Under the pieces are notes generated by a model. That model was not told the DNA's origin. It was given only the letters and a program-made list of their open reading frames with translations, and made no database searches. From the human T2T-CHM13v2.0 reference genome, Homo sapiens, in the NCBI RefSeq assembly GCF_009914755.1, contig NC_060945.1: DNA of 64,000 bases; one strand, 5' to 3'. Each line of letters begins with the position of its first letter. Position 1 is the stretch's first letter. The position numbers were made by a program, and so were the translations under genes. Of the stretch, positions 45,533 to 57,890 are shown piece after piece.

Positions 45533-45968
45533 TGTGATCCAAGTTTGAAATAATGGACCACAGAGCTTAGAGACTGAATATACAAATAAGCAATGACCAG
45601 ACTGCATATCACAATAAGCGCAAGAATGCAAACCACAACCTCTGCATCAACTGGCCCAGAATTGTCAGGACTTGGTCGTGACAGCGTATGACTGCTTACC
45701 TATTTTTCTCCCTGCTTCCAACTCATGACCAACCAAGTAAAATCAAATGTACTCCCAAAACCAACCACAGAATATGTCCTGCTGTTAGTTAGCTGAGTTT
45801 GAGCATCCTCATGACCTCTAATCAGAGTGTACCTGAAACCTTCTATTTGTTCACTATATAGCATTCTCACTCCCCTGCCTGCATTTGAATCTCTGTCACA
45901 CTCAAGCTTGCTGTAGGAAACTCTGAATAGGTTATGTTTGTTTATATTTGGGTAGTCTTCATATAGCA
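45533..45968 (+). mobile_element. ERVL-class solo LTR (MER73/MER54-like)
   Basis: 'aaataatggacc...agcaatgaccagac...aaaccacaacctctgcatcaactggcccag...tcaggacttggtc'. Confidence 0.65.
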
Positions 45969-46024
45969 TATTAGTAAAATTATTCTCAAGTATATAGTAA
46001 TCACACAGGCAGCTATCAGGACTA

Positions 46025-46835
46025 AATGGTAAATAGACAAGACACTTGAACAGATATTTTTCCTCAAAGATGTATAAATGACTGATAAACCCTTGAAGAT
46101 GCTCTAAATCACTAAACTTTAGAGAAATGCAAATCAAAGCCATGATGAAATATGACATCACAACTCTTAGGATGGATAACATTAAAAAAAAGACAGAAAA
46201 TAGCAAGTTTTGATAAGGATGTGAACAAATTGAAAACCTATGCATTAATAAGTGGCAGAACCATGGTGGAATACACTTTTTTAGCATTTCCTAAAAAATA
46301 AACACTTGTTATCATAATATCCATAAATTCCACTTATGTAATAAAAGACAAGAATTCAAACACACATTTGCACACTCATGTTCATAGCAACATTATTTTC
46401 AATAGCTAAAATGTAAAAGCTACCCAAGTGTCATAGATGGATGAATAAATCAACAAAATGTTGTCTATACATACAATGGAATATTATTTACCCCTAAAAG
46501 GAAGAAATACTCACAAAGGATCATTCATGCTACTACCTGTATGATCCTTGAAGATACTATGCTAAATAAAATAAGCCAGTCACAGAAGGGTGATTGTTGC
46601 AATTTTTTACTAATATGAAGTACCTAGAGTAGTCACATTCATCAAGGCAGAAATTAGAATGGTTGTTGCCTAAGGCTGGAGAGAACAAAGAGGGTTATTG
46701 TTTAAAGGGTACGAAGTTATTATTGGGAAAGATGAAAAAGTTCTAGAAATGGATGATGGTGATGGTTGCACATACATTTGAATTTACTGAATATCCCTGA
46801 ACCATACACATACAAATGATTAAAATAAAAAATTC
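46025..46835 (+). mobile_element. L1MB-like 3' end
   Basis: 'gaaatgcaaatcaaagccatgatgaaata...gatgaaaaagttctagaaatggatgatggtgatggttgcac'. Confidence 0.85.
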
Positions 46836-48548
46836 AAAGAAAGTTTTAAATGTTTCTGGAGCTTAACAAAGAATGCCATCCATAGATGAACATTTACAGT
46901 TTAGATGTGACTATTCAAATTATGAGAAAGTCACTATTCACCAGAGTGTACAGGGAAGAGAAGGGTCTCAAGAACTATGCTTTGGGGAAACAAAATATCT
47001 TGACCCAATTCCCACTTCTGAACATACCTCCGCCACTCCCACGAAGGCACTTTAATTTCTTACTGAATTTGTTGTGTTAAACACTTGTTTTGTATCAGTC
47101 ATAAATATAAGAATAATCTAACGCCTTACTTTATCATATTACTTTAAAAACTGCTATGATTTGTTGATATTACACATTCAGGGAGAGAGGACCGGGGTCA
47201 TGCAGTCTGTATAAAGTGCAATATTAAAGCCTTCTGTAGTTTTTAATGTCTCAGAGTCCAAACTCTCTTTGTTTCACTCTTCCCAGACACTAAATCTGGT
47301 CTTTGGCCAGGGTTATTTTCTAACTGAGCAGTAAGAAAATACTAATCATAAAAATAATTTTTGCCAGATTTTATGTAATTTGCCTGTGTTCAATACCAGT
47401 CAGCACTTCCGCATTTAGAATGCTTTGTATTTCTCTGGGGCTATGACAACAAATTTAGGTTGCTTTCAGTCTTCTACCATTGTTACATATGCCAGGATTT
47501 AGCTTTCAGTTACTATTATTTGTTAATTCCATTAAGTCAGCTGGAAACCAACTTCTATATTGTATTTTTTTTTCTATTTTAAAGATATTTGAATTCTCTT
47601 CTTTTTTTCTGATATAGTATACCTTGAGGACTTATGCTTTTGTTTTTAACACCACTGCTATCGATTACTATGGGTACAAGAGGGAAAATAAGTAAAATTG
47701 TGTCTAATCCACTATGCTTCCCTGCTAAAGCGACCCACTATTAATCAATTATCTCTCTTGTTTCTGTTTTATTTCTTGCTTGTCTCTTTTATACTGAATT
47801 GTTTTCATTTTTCTTAATTTTCTCCTTAAACCCTGGTTTTCACTGTTCTCTCTGCTCCTTCCATAATCCCCTTAATTTATATCCACATTCCAGATGGCCT
47901 TATATGCTACATGTTCCTGGGAAACGTTCATCTCCCCAAGTGCCTACAATATAATATCTCCTCCATAAAGAATGTTAAGTAATTAAATTACAAAGAGAAG
48001 ATCATAAAGAGTAATCCTGTGTTGTAGAAATAAATGGTGTACATATTTGTGTGTGTTCTTATTATTTTTTGTGAGGATATGAAGTAAAGTCTCCCTATGA
48101 ATGTAAAAAGTTAATACAAAAGGAAAACTGAGTAAAAACTTAAATTTGCTTATGTATTTCTCTATTATCCCACAGACAAAGTAAAAGTGACATTTTCCTA
48201 CAAATTTCTTATATTTGAAAATAAAATTTCTAGAGATTATGTGGGGAAAATTAAACTTTAATTCCACAATAATAAAAAAATGTTAAAAGCTAGTAGGTTT
48301 ATTAGAGAAACGTAAGTGATTACTTGTTCACTTCTGTGAAATGAGTTACTTAAGATGCCATATGCCATAGCCATATGTGTGAAAGGAATATAATATGAAG
48401 TATGTAGAACTGTTTAAGAAAACATTTGGGAGTTCTTTTGGCTATAAAAAGCTCAGATTATGTGGATTAATTTGTTGACATCATAAATTGCAAAGAAAAT
48501 TAAAAACAAGGTGATATGTATATGACTATGTATTTATATATACATACA

Positions 48549-50845
48549 CAAGCATACCTCAAATATATTGCTGGTGTGGTTTCAGACCACCACAATAGAG
48601 AGAATATTGCAATAAAACAAGTCACATGTAATTTTTGGCTTCCCACTGCCTATAAAAGTTATGTTTACACTATACACAATAGTCTATTAAGTGCGCAATC
48701 ACATTATTTGTTTAAAAAGTACATACTTTAAAAATACTTTATTGTTTAAAAATGCTAATAATCATCTGAGCTTTCAATGAGTCAAAATCTTTTTGCTGTT
48801 GGAGGGTGTTGCCTTCATGTTGATGGCTGCGGACTGGTCAGAATGGTGGTTGCTGAAGGTGGGGTTGCTATAGCAATTTCTTAAAATAAGACGACAGTGA
48901 TGTTTTCCTCATTGATTGACTCTTACCATCATGAAAGATTTCTCTGTAGTAGGTTGATAGCATTTTTACCCCCAGTAGAATTTATTTCAAAATTGGAATA
49001 AATCTTCTCAAAGTCTGCCATTCACTGCTTTATCAACTAAGTTCATGTAATATCCAAAATCCTTTGTTGTCATTTCAACAATGTTTCACGGTCTCTTAAC
49101 CAGAAGCAGATTTCATATCAAGAAACCACTTTCTTTGCTCATTCATAAGAAGCAATTCATCACTTTTTCAAGTATTATGAAATTATAGCAGTTTCTACCA
49201 CATTGGTAGTTACTTCCCCCACAGAAGTCTTTAACCCCATGAGTAGTCACTTATGAGGGTTGAAATCAACTTCCAAGCTTCTGTTACGGTTGATAATATA
49301 CCCTCTTTGCCTGCATCACAAGTGTTCTTAATAGCATCTATAATGGTGAATCATTTCCAGGAGGGTTTCAGTATTCTTTTCCCAAAACTATCAGAGGAAT
49401 AACTAGAACAGCTATAATCTTACAAAATGTATTTCTTAAATAATAAGACTTTAAAGTCAAAATTACTTCTTGATCCATTGACTACAGAATGGATATGTTA
49501 GCAGACATGAAAGCAACACTAATCTCTGTATACATTTCCATCAGAGCTCTTGGGTGACCAGATAGATTGTCAATTAGCAGTAATATCTTGAAAGGAATAT
49601 TTTTTTCTGAGCAGCAGTTCTCAACAGTGGGCTTAAAATATTCAGTAATCCATGCTACAAACAGAAATGCTGTGAACCAGGATTTGTTTCTCCATGTATA
49701 GAGCACAACAGAGTAGATTTACCATAAATGTAAAGGGCCCTAGGATTTTTGGAATGGTAAATGAGCACTGGCTTCAACTTAAAGCCACCACCTGCCTTAG
49801 CCTGTAACAAGAGTCAGCTTGTCTTTTAAGCTTTGAAGCCAGGCATTGACTTCTCCTACCTATGAAACTCCTATATAGCATCTTCTTCCAATAAAAGTTG
49901 TTTTATCTCCATTGAAAATCTGTTGTGTAACCACTTTCATCAATCATCTTAGCTAGATGTTCTAGATAACTTACTGCAGCTTCTCCATCAGCACTTGCTG
50001 CTTCACCTTGCACTTTTATGTTATAGAAATGGCTTCTTTCCTCAAACCTCATGAACCAACCTCTGCTAGCTTTCAATGATTCTTCTGCAACTTTCTCACC
50101 TCTCTTTACCTTCACAGCATTTGAGGGAGCTAGGGCCTTGTTCTAACTTAAGCTTTGCTTTAGGGAATGCTGTGTCTCATTTGATCTTCCATCTCGATCA
50201 CTAGTAGCTTTTCCATTTCAGTGATACAGCTGATTTACTTTCTCATGATTTGTATGTTCACTGGAGTAGTAGCTTAAATTTCTTTCAATAACTTTTTTTT
50301 TTGCATTTACAACTTGGCTAACTGGCACAGGAGGCCTATTTTGACTTTCAACATGTCTTCTTTACTCAGCTTATTTATTTCTAGCTTTCGATTTAAAGTG
50401 AGAGATATGTGACTTTTCCTTTCACTTGAACACTTAGAGGTTATTGTAGGGTATTAATTGGCCTTATTTTAATATTGTTGTTTCTCAGGGATTAGAGTGA
50501 AGTGAGGAGAGGGAGAGAGATGGGGAAAAGGCTGCTTGATAAAGCAGTCAGAACTCATTAAGTTCTACATCATATATGGACGCAGTTTATGGTGACCTCA
50601 GACAATAGTAGTAGTAACAGCAAAGATCACTGATTATATAACAAATATAATAATAACAAAAAGGTTTGAAATGTTGTGACAATTACCAAAATGTGACACA
50701 GAGACACAAAATAAACTCATGCTGTTGGAAAAGTAACAGTAACATATTTGCTCGACAAAAGGTTGCCACAAACCTTCAGTTTGTAAAAAATGCAATTATC
50801 TGTGAAGGACAATAAAGGAAAGCACAATAAAATGAGGTAGGTCTC
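48549..50845 (-). mobile_element. Tigger1 DNA transposon, near full length, transposase disrupted
   Basis: TIRs 'caagcatacctc' / 'gaggtaggtctc'+TA. ORFs 49903-50115 ('[24 protein letters not shown]') and 49482-49706 ('[21 protein letters not shown]') are pogo-family transposase fragments. Confidence 0.93.
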
Positions 50846-51824
50846 TATATGTATACTTAAAAAAGCAAATTGTTAAACAGAGTACACATTATAAAGGACT
50901 TGTCTACCACATAGATGTACTTGATCCTCTCTATTTTTATTCTAAAGATAAAAGCAATGAAATTAACTGCTTTGACAATTGTAATAATAGTGAGTGGGCA
51001 ACAGGAAAAATATAGAAGCTAGAAAGCAGATTACAATGCAATGTAGTTATAATATTTATCACAAGTTATTTCATTAAAAGACATCACATTTAGTTGTGAC
51101 TGGTACATCACAGTAATTATGAATTGGGTTTTAATGTTTGATTATTTTACAACCCTTGACAAAAGTTGCAAATTTGAAAAAAAATTATTATTTTAAATTT
51201 AATTTTAAATTTAAATTATTTAAATCATTTTAAATACTAAATAATTGATTTTAGTTGTTTAGAAAGCATCCTAAGACTAATAATAGTGAAATATTATTTG
51301 AAATATAGATTTATATTTGACATATAGATTTTGATCATACATATAATTTGTCTTAATTTTTTGTGTCTTCATTTCATAAATAAAAGTTTTAAACTAAAAG
51401 CAATGCAAACACATGGTAAAAGTTAAAATAAAGCTGAATGTCTGTCATGCTTATTTCAAATTTGATTATGCAAACAAGCCAAAACAGTCACCAAGAGGCA
51501 AACAGAAGTGAGAAACATTTGAAGATTGGTTTAATGGACAATCCTATCAATATTAAGAGAAACAAGAAGGCGTTTTAAACTCCTCACTTCTGTCTTTTAC
51601 TGCCTCAACCACACCTACCTTTATATAGCCTTACCTTTCTTTTATTTTACTTTTCAGACAACATGTATTTATAAATTTCAGGTAAAGATTAAACTTCTAT
51701 GTTAAAAACTGTATTACGTTGATGATTACTTCCACTTTAAATAACATTAATATTAAATTCAACATATTGAATTTCATGATTACTCTTCATAATAGTGAAA
51801 GAAAAATCAATCAGCAATAGTAGT

Positions 51825-52290
51825 CAATGTACATGAATCAATCAACGTGATACATCATATCAACAGAATGAAGGACAAAAACTATATGATCATTTCAATT
51901 GATACCGAAAAAGTATTGGATAAAATTTAACATCCCTTCATGTTAAAAACCCTCAAAATGCTGGGTATAGAAGGAACATACCTCAACATAATAAAAGCCA
52001 TATATGACAGACATATAGCTAGTATCATACTGAATAGGGAAAAACTGCAAGCCTTTCCTCTAAGATCTGGAACATGACAAGAATACCCACTTTCACCAAC
52101 CACCATTATTCAACATAGTTCTGGAAGTCCTAGCTAGAGAAATTAGACAAGAGAAATAAATAAAGGCCATCCGAATTGGAAAGAAAGAAGTCAAATTATC
52201 CTTGTTTGTAGATAATAGGATCTTACATTTGGAAAAACCAATTCCACTGAAAAACTATTAGAACTGATAAACAAATTCAGTAAAGTTGCA
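51825..52290 (+). mobile_element. L1 ORF2 RT-domain fragment (L1MA-age), no 3' end
   Basis: 'caatcaacgtgatacatcatatcaacagaatgaaggacaaaaac...aaattcagtaaagttgca'. Confidence 0.85.
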
Positions 52291-52309
52291 TACCTGTATC
52301 TACGTATCT

Positions 52310-52702
52310 CACAAATATACTGGAAGCAGAACCAGAGACAGGAATAAAGATATACCTGAATTTTGGTGGAAATGTTTTTCAGGAAAAAACTGAAGCGGGA
52401 TAGAGAAGAGAAAAATAAGAACAAAGATATTTTGATCCACAGGGAAAAGACCCTGGAGAATGCATTACTCCCAGAAGATGGTTCCTTTTTTAGGCCAGAG
52501 GGTGAGATGTTGGAAACCATATACTGTTAATCAGGGCTAAAGGTCACTCCCTGGGGAAGGAGCAGTGGTGTATGTTTTTTAGGGCAGTGACTCCTATCAG
52601 TCAAGTGCATTTCTATGTAGATAGGTGACAGCTCCTAGCCATTACCAGTCAAAAGAGATACAAAGGAAATCTAGGTAGGGCAACCACATCTACCACTACC
52701 CA
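52310..52702 (-). mobile_element. ERVL LTR16-like LTR
   Basis: 'gaagcagaaccagagacaggaat' start and a 'gggcaaccacatctaccactac' end resemble antisense LTR16C. Confidence 0.5.
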
Positions 52703-53403
52703 CAAAAATGTCTCTATGTGTAGACTCTATGTCTAGGCTTTTATACGACAAAGGCTGGATATAGTAAATATCCATATTTATCAAATTATATTTGTATTTC
52801 ATAAACCACACAATTTGGCAAATATTTTAGCAAATGATTTCCCTATCTGTCTATATAAAGCCACAACCTTTGTCTACTTCACAAAAATACTTCAGATTTT
52901 GTATTTTTGGTGAAACGACTACCATTCCTCCCAGAGAACCAGAAGCATACCATTAAGGCCAGGAAATACATGTGGCTGACCTGAATACAAATATGAGTAG
53001 AAAAAACTCACAAAAAAAGAACTATAAATAGTCAATTAAAATAAAATCTCAATATTTAACCTCCCCAGCAATAAAAAAGAATTTTATACTTTGTATAATG
53101 GGTTCTACCTGGTAGGGTTGGGAGAGTTATATGAAAAAAAAAAAACAAAAAACTCTATACCCTAAAAAGTTGTTTATGTATTGAAGTAGTAGAAAGAAAC
53201 AGAAAAAAAAAAAAAGAAAGATAACCTAAGTGTTCATAGATATAGCACTATAGGAGTCAATTCTTTCTTGAGAAAATAGTCAAGATAATAAAAAATCCAA
53301 GTCAAGAGTTTAGTCAGTGTCTTTTCCTTAATTTTTGTCCCTGCTCCTAATGCAACAACATGATACCTATAATGTTGTATTTTCTAAGCTTATAGAAATA
53401 CTT

Positions 53404-53723
53404 ATTATTATTATTATTATTATTTTTTTTTTGAGATGGAGTGTTGCTGTGTCGCCCAGGCTGGAGTACAGTGGTGCGATCTCTGCTCACTGCAACCTCC
53501 GCCTCCCGGGTTCAAGCGATTCTCCTGCCTAAGCCCTCCCGAGTAGCTGGGATTGCAGGTGCAGGCAACCACGTCTGACTAATTTTTGTATTTTTAGTAG
53601 AGATGTGGTTTCACCATATTGGTCAGGGTGGTCTCGAACTCCTGACCTCGTGATCCACCTACCTTGACCTCCCAAAGTGCTGGGATTCACAGGAGTGAGC
53701 CCAGAAAATTTCACCACTCCCAG
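53404..53723 (-). mobile_element. AluSg-like with (TTA)n tail
   Basis: 'ctcgaactcctgacctcgtgatcc'. TSD gaaatactt (53395-53403 / 53724-53732). Confidence 0.94.
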
Positions 53724-53947
53724 GAAATACTTTTTAAATGCGGGCCCTCAGAAACCTCTGCAGTGGACTGTACAGGACATAACATTGAAAAACTCAAATT
53801 AACATAGTCCTTATTTCTTTTACTAACTAGAATTATTGTCAGTTTTTTTGGTCAAATAAATTATAGCGCTATGCTCTAATAGGAGCAGCACATGAAAACA
53901 TAATTTAAGCCAAAAAAAGTCAACCCTAAATATTTTTGCTGTTTTAA

Positions 53948-54603
53948 GGTGCTGGAGAGGATGTGGAGAAATAGGAACACTTTTACATTGTTGGTGGGAC
54001 TGTAAACTAGTTCAACCATTGTGGAAGACAGTGTGGCGATTCCCCAAGGATCTAGAACTAGAAATACCATTTGACCCAGCCATCCCATTACTGGGTATAT
54101 ACCCAAAGGATTATAAATCATGCTGCTATAAAGACACATGCACACATATGTTTATTGCGGCACTATTCACAATAGCAAAGACTTGGAACCAACCCAAATG
54201 TCCATCAATGAGAGACTGGATTAAGAAAATGTGGCACATATACACCATGGAATACTATGCAGCCATAAAAAAGGATGAGTTCATGTCCTTTGTAGGGACG
54301 TGGATGAAGCTGGAAACCATCATTCTCAGCAAACTATCACAAGGCCAAAAAACCAAACACCGCATGTTCTCACTCATAGGTGGGAATTGAACAATGAGAA
54401 CACATGGACACAGGAAGGGGAACATGACACACCGGGGTCTGTTGTGGGGTGGGGGGAGGGGGGAGGGATAGCATTAGGAGAAATACCTAATGTAAATTAT
54501 GAGTTAATGGGTGCAGCACACCAACATGGCACATGTATACATATGTAGCAAACCTGCACATTGTGCACGTGTACCCTAGAACTTAAAGTGTAATTAAAAA
54601 AAA
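53948..54603 (+). mobile_element. L1PA4/5 5'-truncated insertion (ORF2 C-terminus plus 3' UTR)
   Basis: ORF 54019-54390 is the ORF2 C-terminus ('PFDPAIPLLGIYPKDYKSCCYKDTCT...MFSLIGGN'). G-rich 3' UTR tract. TSD core tttgctgttttaa (53935-53947 / 54606-54618). Confidence 0.96.
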
Positions 54604-56524
54604 TCTTTGCTGTTTTAAATATTTAATAATAACCCTTTCATTATACTGTCAATTTCTTGTTCCTACAGAAAAATGCCCAAAAATGTACAGAGAAAGAAAT
54701 ATTTCTTCAGAGGCTGCCTTGTGGCTGGTCTTAACCGTATCAAAACATCACATTCCAATTTTAATGATTCCAAGCCTAAGGGTAGAATTTATCAATTTTT
54801 CCAATTTTCTAAAGACTCCAGGTAGCAAACAAGACACATTAGATTAGCAGGACAACAGCTATGTTTCCACGGGTTCTGTCCTGATCATTTATGAGCCTTT
54901 AAGAGTTGTCTTTCAATCAAGGTTGTGATATACCTTGCCCTTTATAAAATAGAGAAGCTTGAACTTTCTGTTGTTAAAAGAAACGTCTGACTCAGTCTAA
55001 TACCTTACCATAGGAACCTTATTAATCAGGTCTAGTATATATACTTTCTATTATGTTAACCTGCACTCATATAGAGCTATTTCAAAATTGCAATTCAGAT
55101 AGGTCTGACTGTCCTATTTAAAAATTATTCTCAACCCCAAGTCCAGTCAATCATTCCCATCTCAAACTTATGCTAAACTAAAGTTTCCCATCCCACAAAA
55201 TGAAAGTATTTGAAACATCTTTGGCTCTTTACAGAGCAGTGTGACCTCATATCTCGAAAGAAGTAAAAAAAAAAAATTATTCTCTTTAATAATTAATATG
55301 TAAATTTTATTTATCTATGTAAAGTGTATTAGAAAATAATTTTTAAAAAATTATTTTAAAAAAATGGACTCTCTTTAATTGTGAGTCCATTAATTTATTT
55401 TCTTTTACAAAAAATAGTAACAATAGAAACAGCAATGCAAATCAAGTTCATAACCTACCACTTTTGTGAGTTTTTTCCTACTGTTTCATGTCACAGAAAT
55501 AGCTGTTTTGAAATAACTAAAGCCAGACCTATTGCACACGGTCACAATTTTATCTATTTTAAATATCTTTGAACAGCCTCACAACAGGGTCATGGTCTCT
55601 AGGAAAGTCTATTTTCCTCTAAAGAAATACCTGTAGGCATTTGAGAAAAAGCCAGGCATTTTCAATCCCTTTTAAACACAAAGAGAACATTTTAAAAGGC
55701 TGCTAATAATTAAATGGAGATCTAAAGGACCAATTTGCAATAGTTTTTCTTTACAGAGGCAAGCTCATTGTGCTGAAATGAACTCATAATTGTTCATGAA
55801 ATATTTGCATATGAGAATTATCTGCATTCCTCAAAACGGTGGGATGAAATTGGAATTCTCCTCTTTTCAATATATTTGAATGCATCTACATGTGCACAGC
55901 GAATTGGAGAAACATGGTTTTTTTTTTAAAATACTACTTTCTGAAACATAATGAATAAAGAGGGAAATGGTATTTAAAATGGAATTATGCATCTCTCTAA
56001 TTCAATGTTTCTATTTTAATTTCTAAGTTTCAAAATGTAGATCACTCAGCATCCACAACCACGGTTAAGTACATCACATATTCAGACCACCTAACTCTAG
56101 TTAACACAGTGATGTGTGATTCATGTCCTGGGTGTCACAGATTTCTGCCCAAATGTGTGATTTTGTATAAAATATGAGAGTTTTAGTCCTATTGATTTCA
56201 ATATTTTATATAAACATGGCTCTGAAAAACTGTCTATATGAGTCTCTTACTTAAGAATATATTCTCCCATTAGATAACACCATTACTTTTTGTGAACAAT
56301 TTTTATTATTTTCATACATACTTTTAATTAAAAATTGAAGGTGACAAGAGTAGTATAAAAATCTAAAAATTAAAAATTATCCACAATTTTTCTACTTTCA
56401 ATACTTATTTAACATTCTATCAAACTTCTATTCTGTTTATTCCACCATGACTTTCTTGTCCAGAAGTATGCATAGATTTACTAACTACAAATCTAGTGCA
56501 TGTATCTATTTTCCACTTTATTTT

Positions 56525-57590
56525 TAATGCATGTTATTTTTTTAAAGTTTTAGAGTTATAAAAACAAATAAGAATATAGCAAAGAGATTTCCCTTTCACA
56601 CATACAGTTTTCTCTGTTATTAACATCTTACTTTAGAATAGTATATTTGTCACAATTAAGAAATATTGCACATTTTTTTAACTAAAGTCCTTGATTAATC
56701 ACATGTCCTATTTTTTCCCCTAATTCTCTGTTCCAGAATTTCATCTGGGATATCACATTACATGGTTCTCGTTGCATCACCGTAAGCTCCTCTTGGATGT
56801 GACAGCTTTGGGAGGTAAGCTTTTGAAAAATCCTGGTTTATTGTCATAACTATACTGAGATTTGGGGAGGAAGGGCACTGATATAAAGTCCTGTTATCAT
56901 CACATCATATGAAGAGTACATACTATCAACAAGTTGTATCACTATTGATGTAGATCTTGGTCATCTGGCTGAAGCAGTGCTTGTCAAGTGTCAAGTTTCT
57001 TTACTCTAAAGTTGCTGTTTTTGTCTCCATTCCCATGCTATATACTTTGGAAGGCAGTTGTTATGCACTTCTTTCCTGTGTGGTAAACTACATAATCATT
57101 TTTGTGTAACAGTATGGAGTCACGTGTATTTATTGTGTACTTTATGTTATAATCCAATGCTACTTTATTTACTTTGTTTCTCAAATTATTACAGCTTTGG
57201 GCATTGGGAGCTCTTTCAGTTGGCTATTATGTTCCTTTGAAGTACGTTTATCAGTGTGAAAGGGTTTCTTTGTTTGTTTGTTGTTTTTGATCACTTTCTT
57301 CCTTTCTAATGCCACGTAACGCTCCAGACTCAAGTTTGAAATTTTCTGCCTCAGCCTTAGAATCAGCCTTTTCTCTAAGGAGTGTTAGTTTCTTTAATGG
57401 TTAATGATACTAGAAACCAAGATCTAGTGCTCTTTGCTACTGCAATGTCAGTTCTTTTAGGCCCTCTCAGTTGACAGGAAAGAAAAAACATATGTATGTA
57501 TGCTAACCTGTAGACATGCACATATATCTACCAACTCATTTATTTAACCATCATATCTGTATTAAGCTAAAAATGAATTCAACTATTCCA
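56525..57590 (-). mobile_element. L1MC/MD-type 3' UTR
   Basis: 'tattaacatcttactttagaatagtatatttgtcacaattaa', 'atcatcacatcatatgaagagtacatactatcaac', 'tagaaaccaagatctag'. Confidence 0.75.
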
Positions 57591-57592
57591 AA

Positions 57593-57890
57593 TGCTACCA
57601 GGGGGGTCCTTGCTCCCAGAGCTCCCAAGATGGTGGTGGGCTGCTTCCAAGATGGTGGCAAGCCTCGTGTTCTCTGACCTGGGGTTCTTGGCCTCACGGA
57701 TTCCAAGGAATAGAATCTTGGGCCATGCGGTGAGTGTCACGGCTCTATTAGAAACCGTGGGTCACGGAAGAGAGTCATGGAACCCAGTGCCTAGTGTTCA
57801 GCTCGATTAGGACGAACCGGGGCACTTAGCCGTGCAGGAACAATGGCAAGCCTTTAGCCTGATCAGGAGCGGCAATGGGTTCCTCGCTGG
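57593..57890 (-). mobile_element. HERV-W LTR (LTR17) 3' (U5) fragment
   Basis: The reverse complement reads '...ggctaaaggcttgccattgttcctgcacggctaagtgcc...ccaccatcttgggagctctgggagcaaggacccccctggtagca', which is the LTR17 terminus as I recall it. Confidence 0.85.

Noticed and set aside
45700-46287. Longest ORF (195 aa, minus strand)
   Set aside because: It runs antisense across an L1MB 3' end and an LTR, has no domain-like content, and looks like a chance open frame.
54019-54390. 123-aa ORF with a Cys-containing motif
   Set aside because: It is the C-terminus of L1 ORF2p in a 5'-truncated L1PA insertion, not an independent gene.
55333-55357. 12-bp-arm AT-only inverted repeat
   Set aside because: Low complexity, with no TSD or TIR similarity to a MITE.
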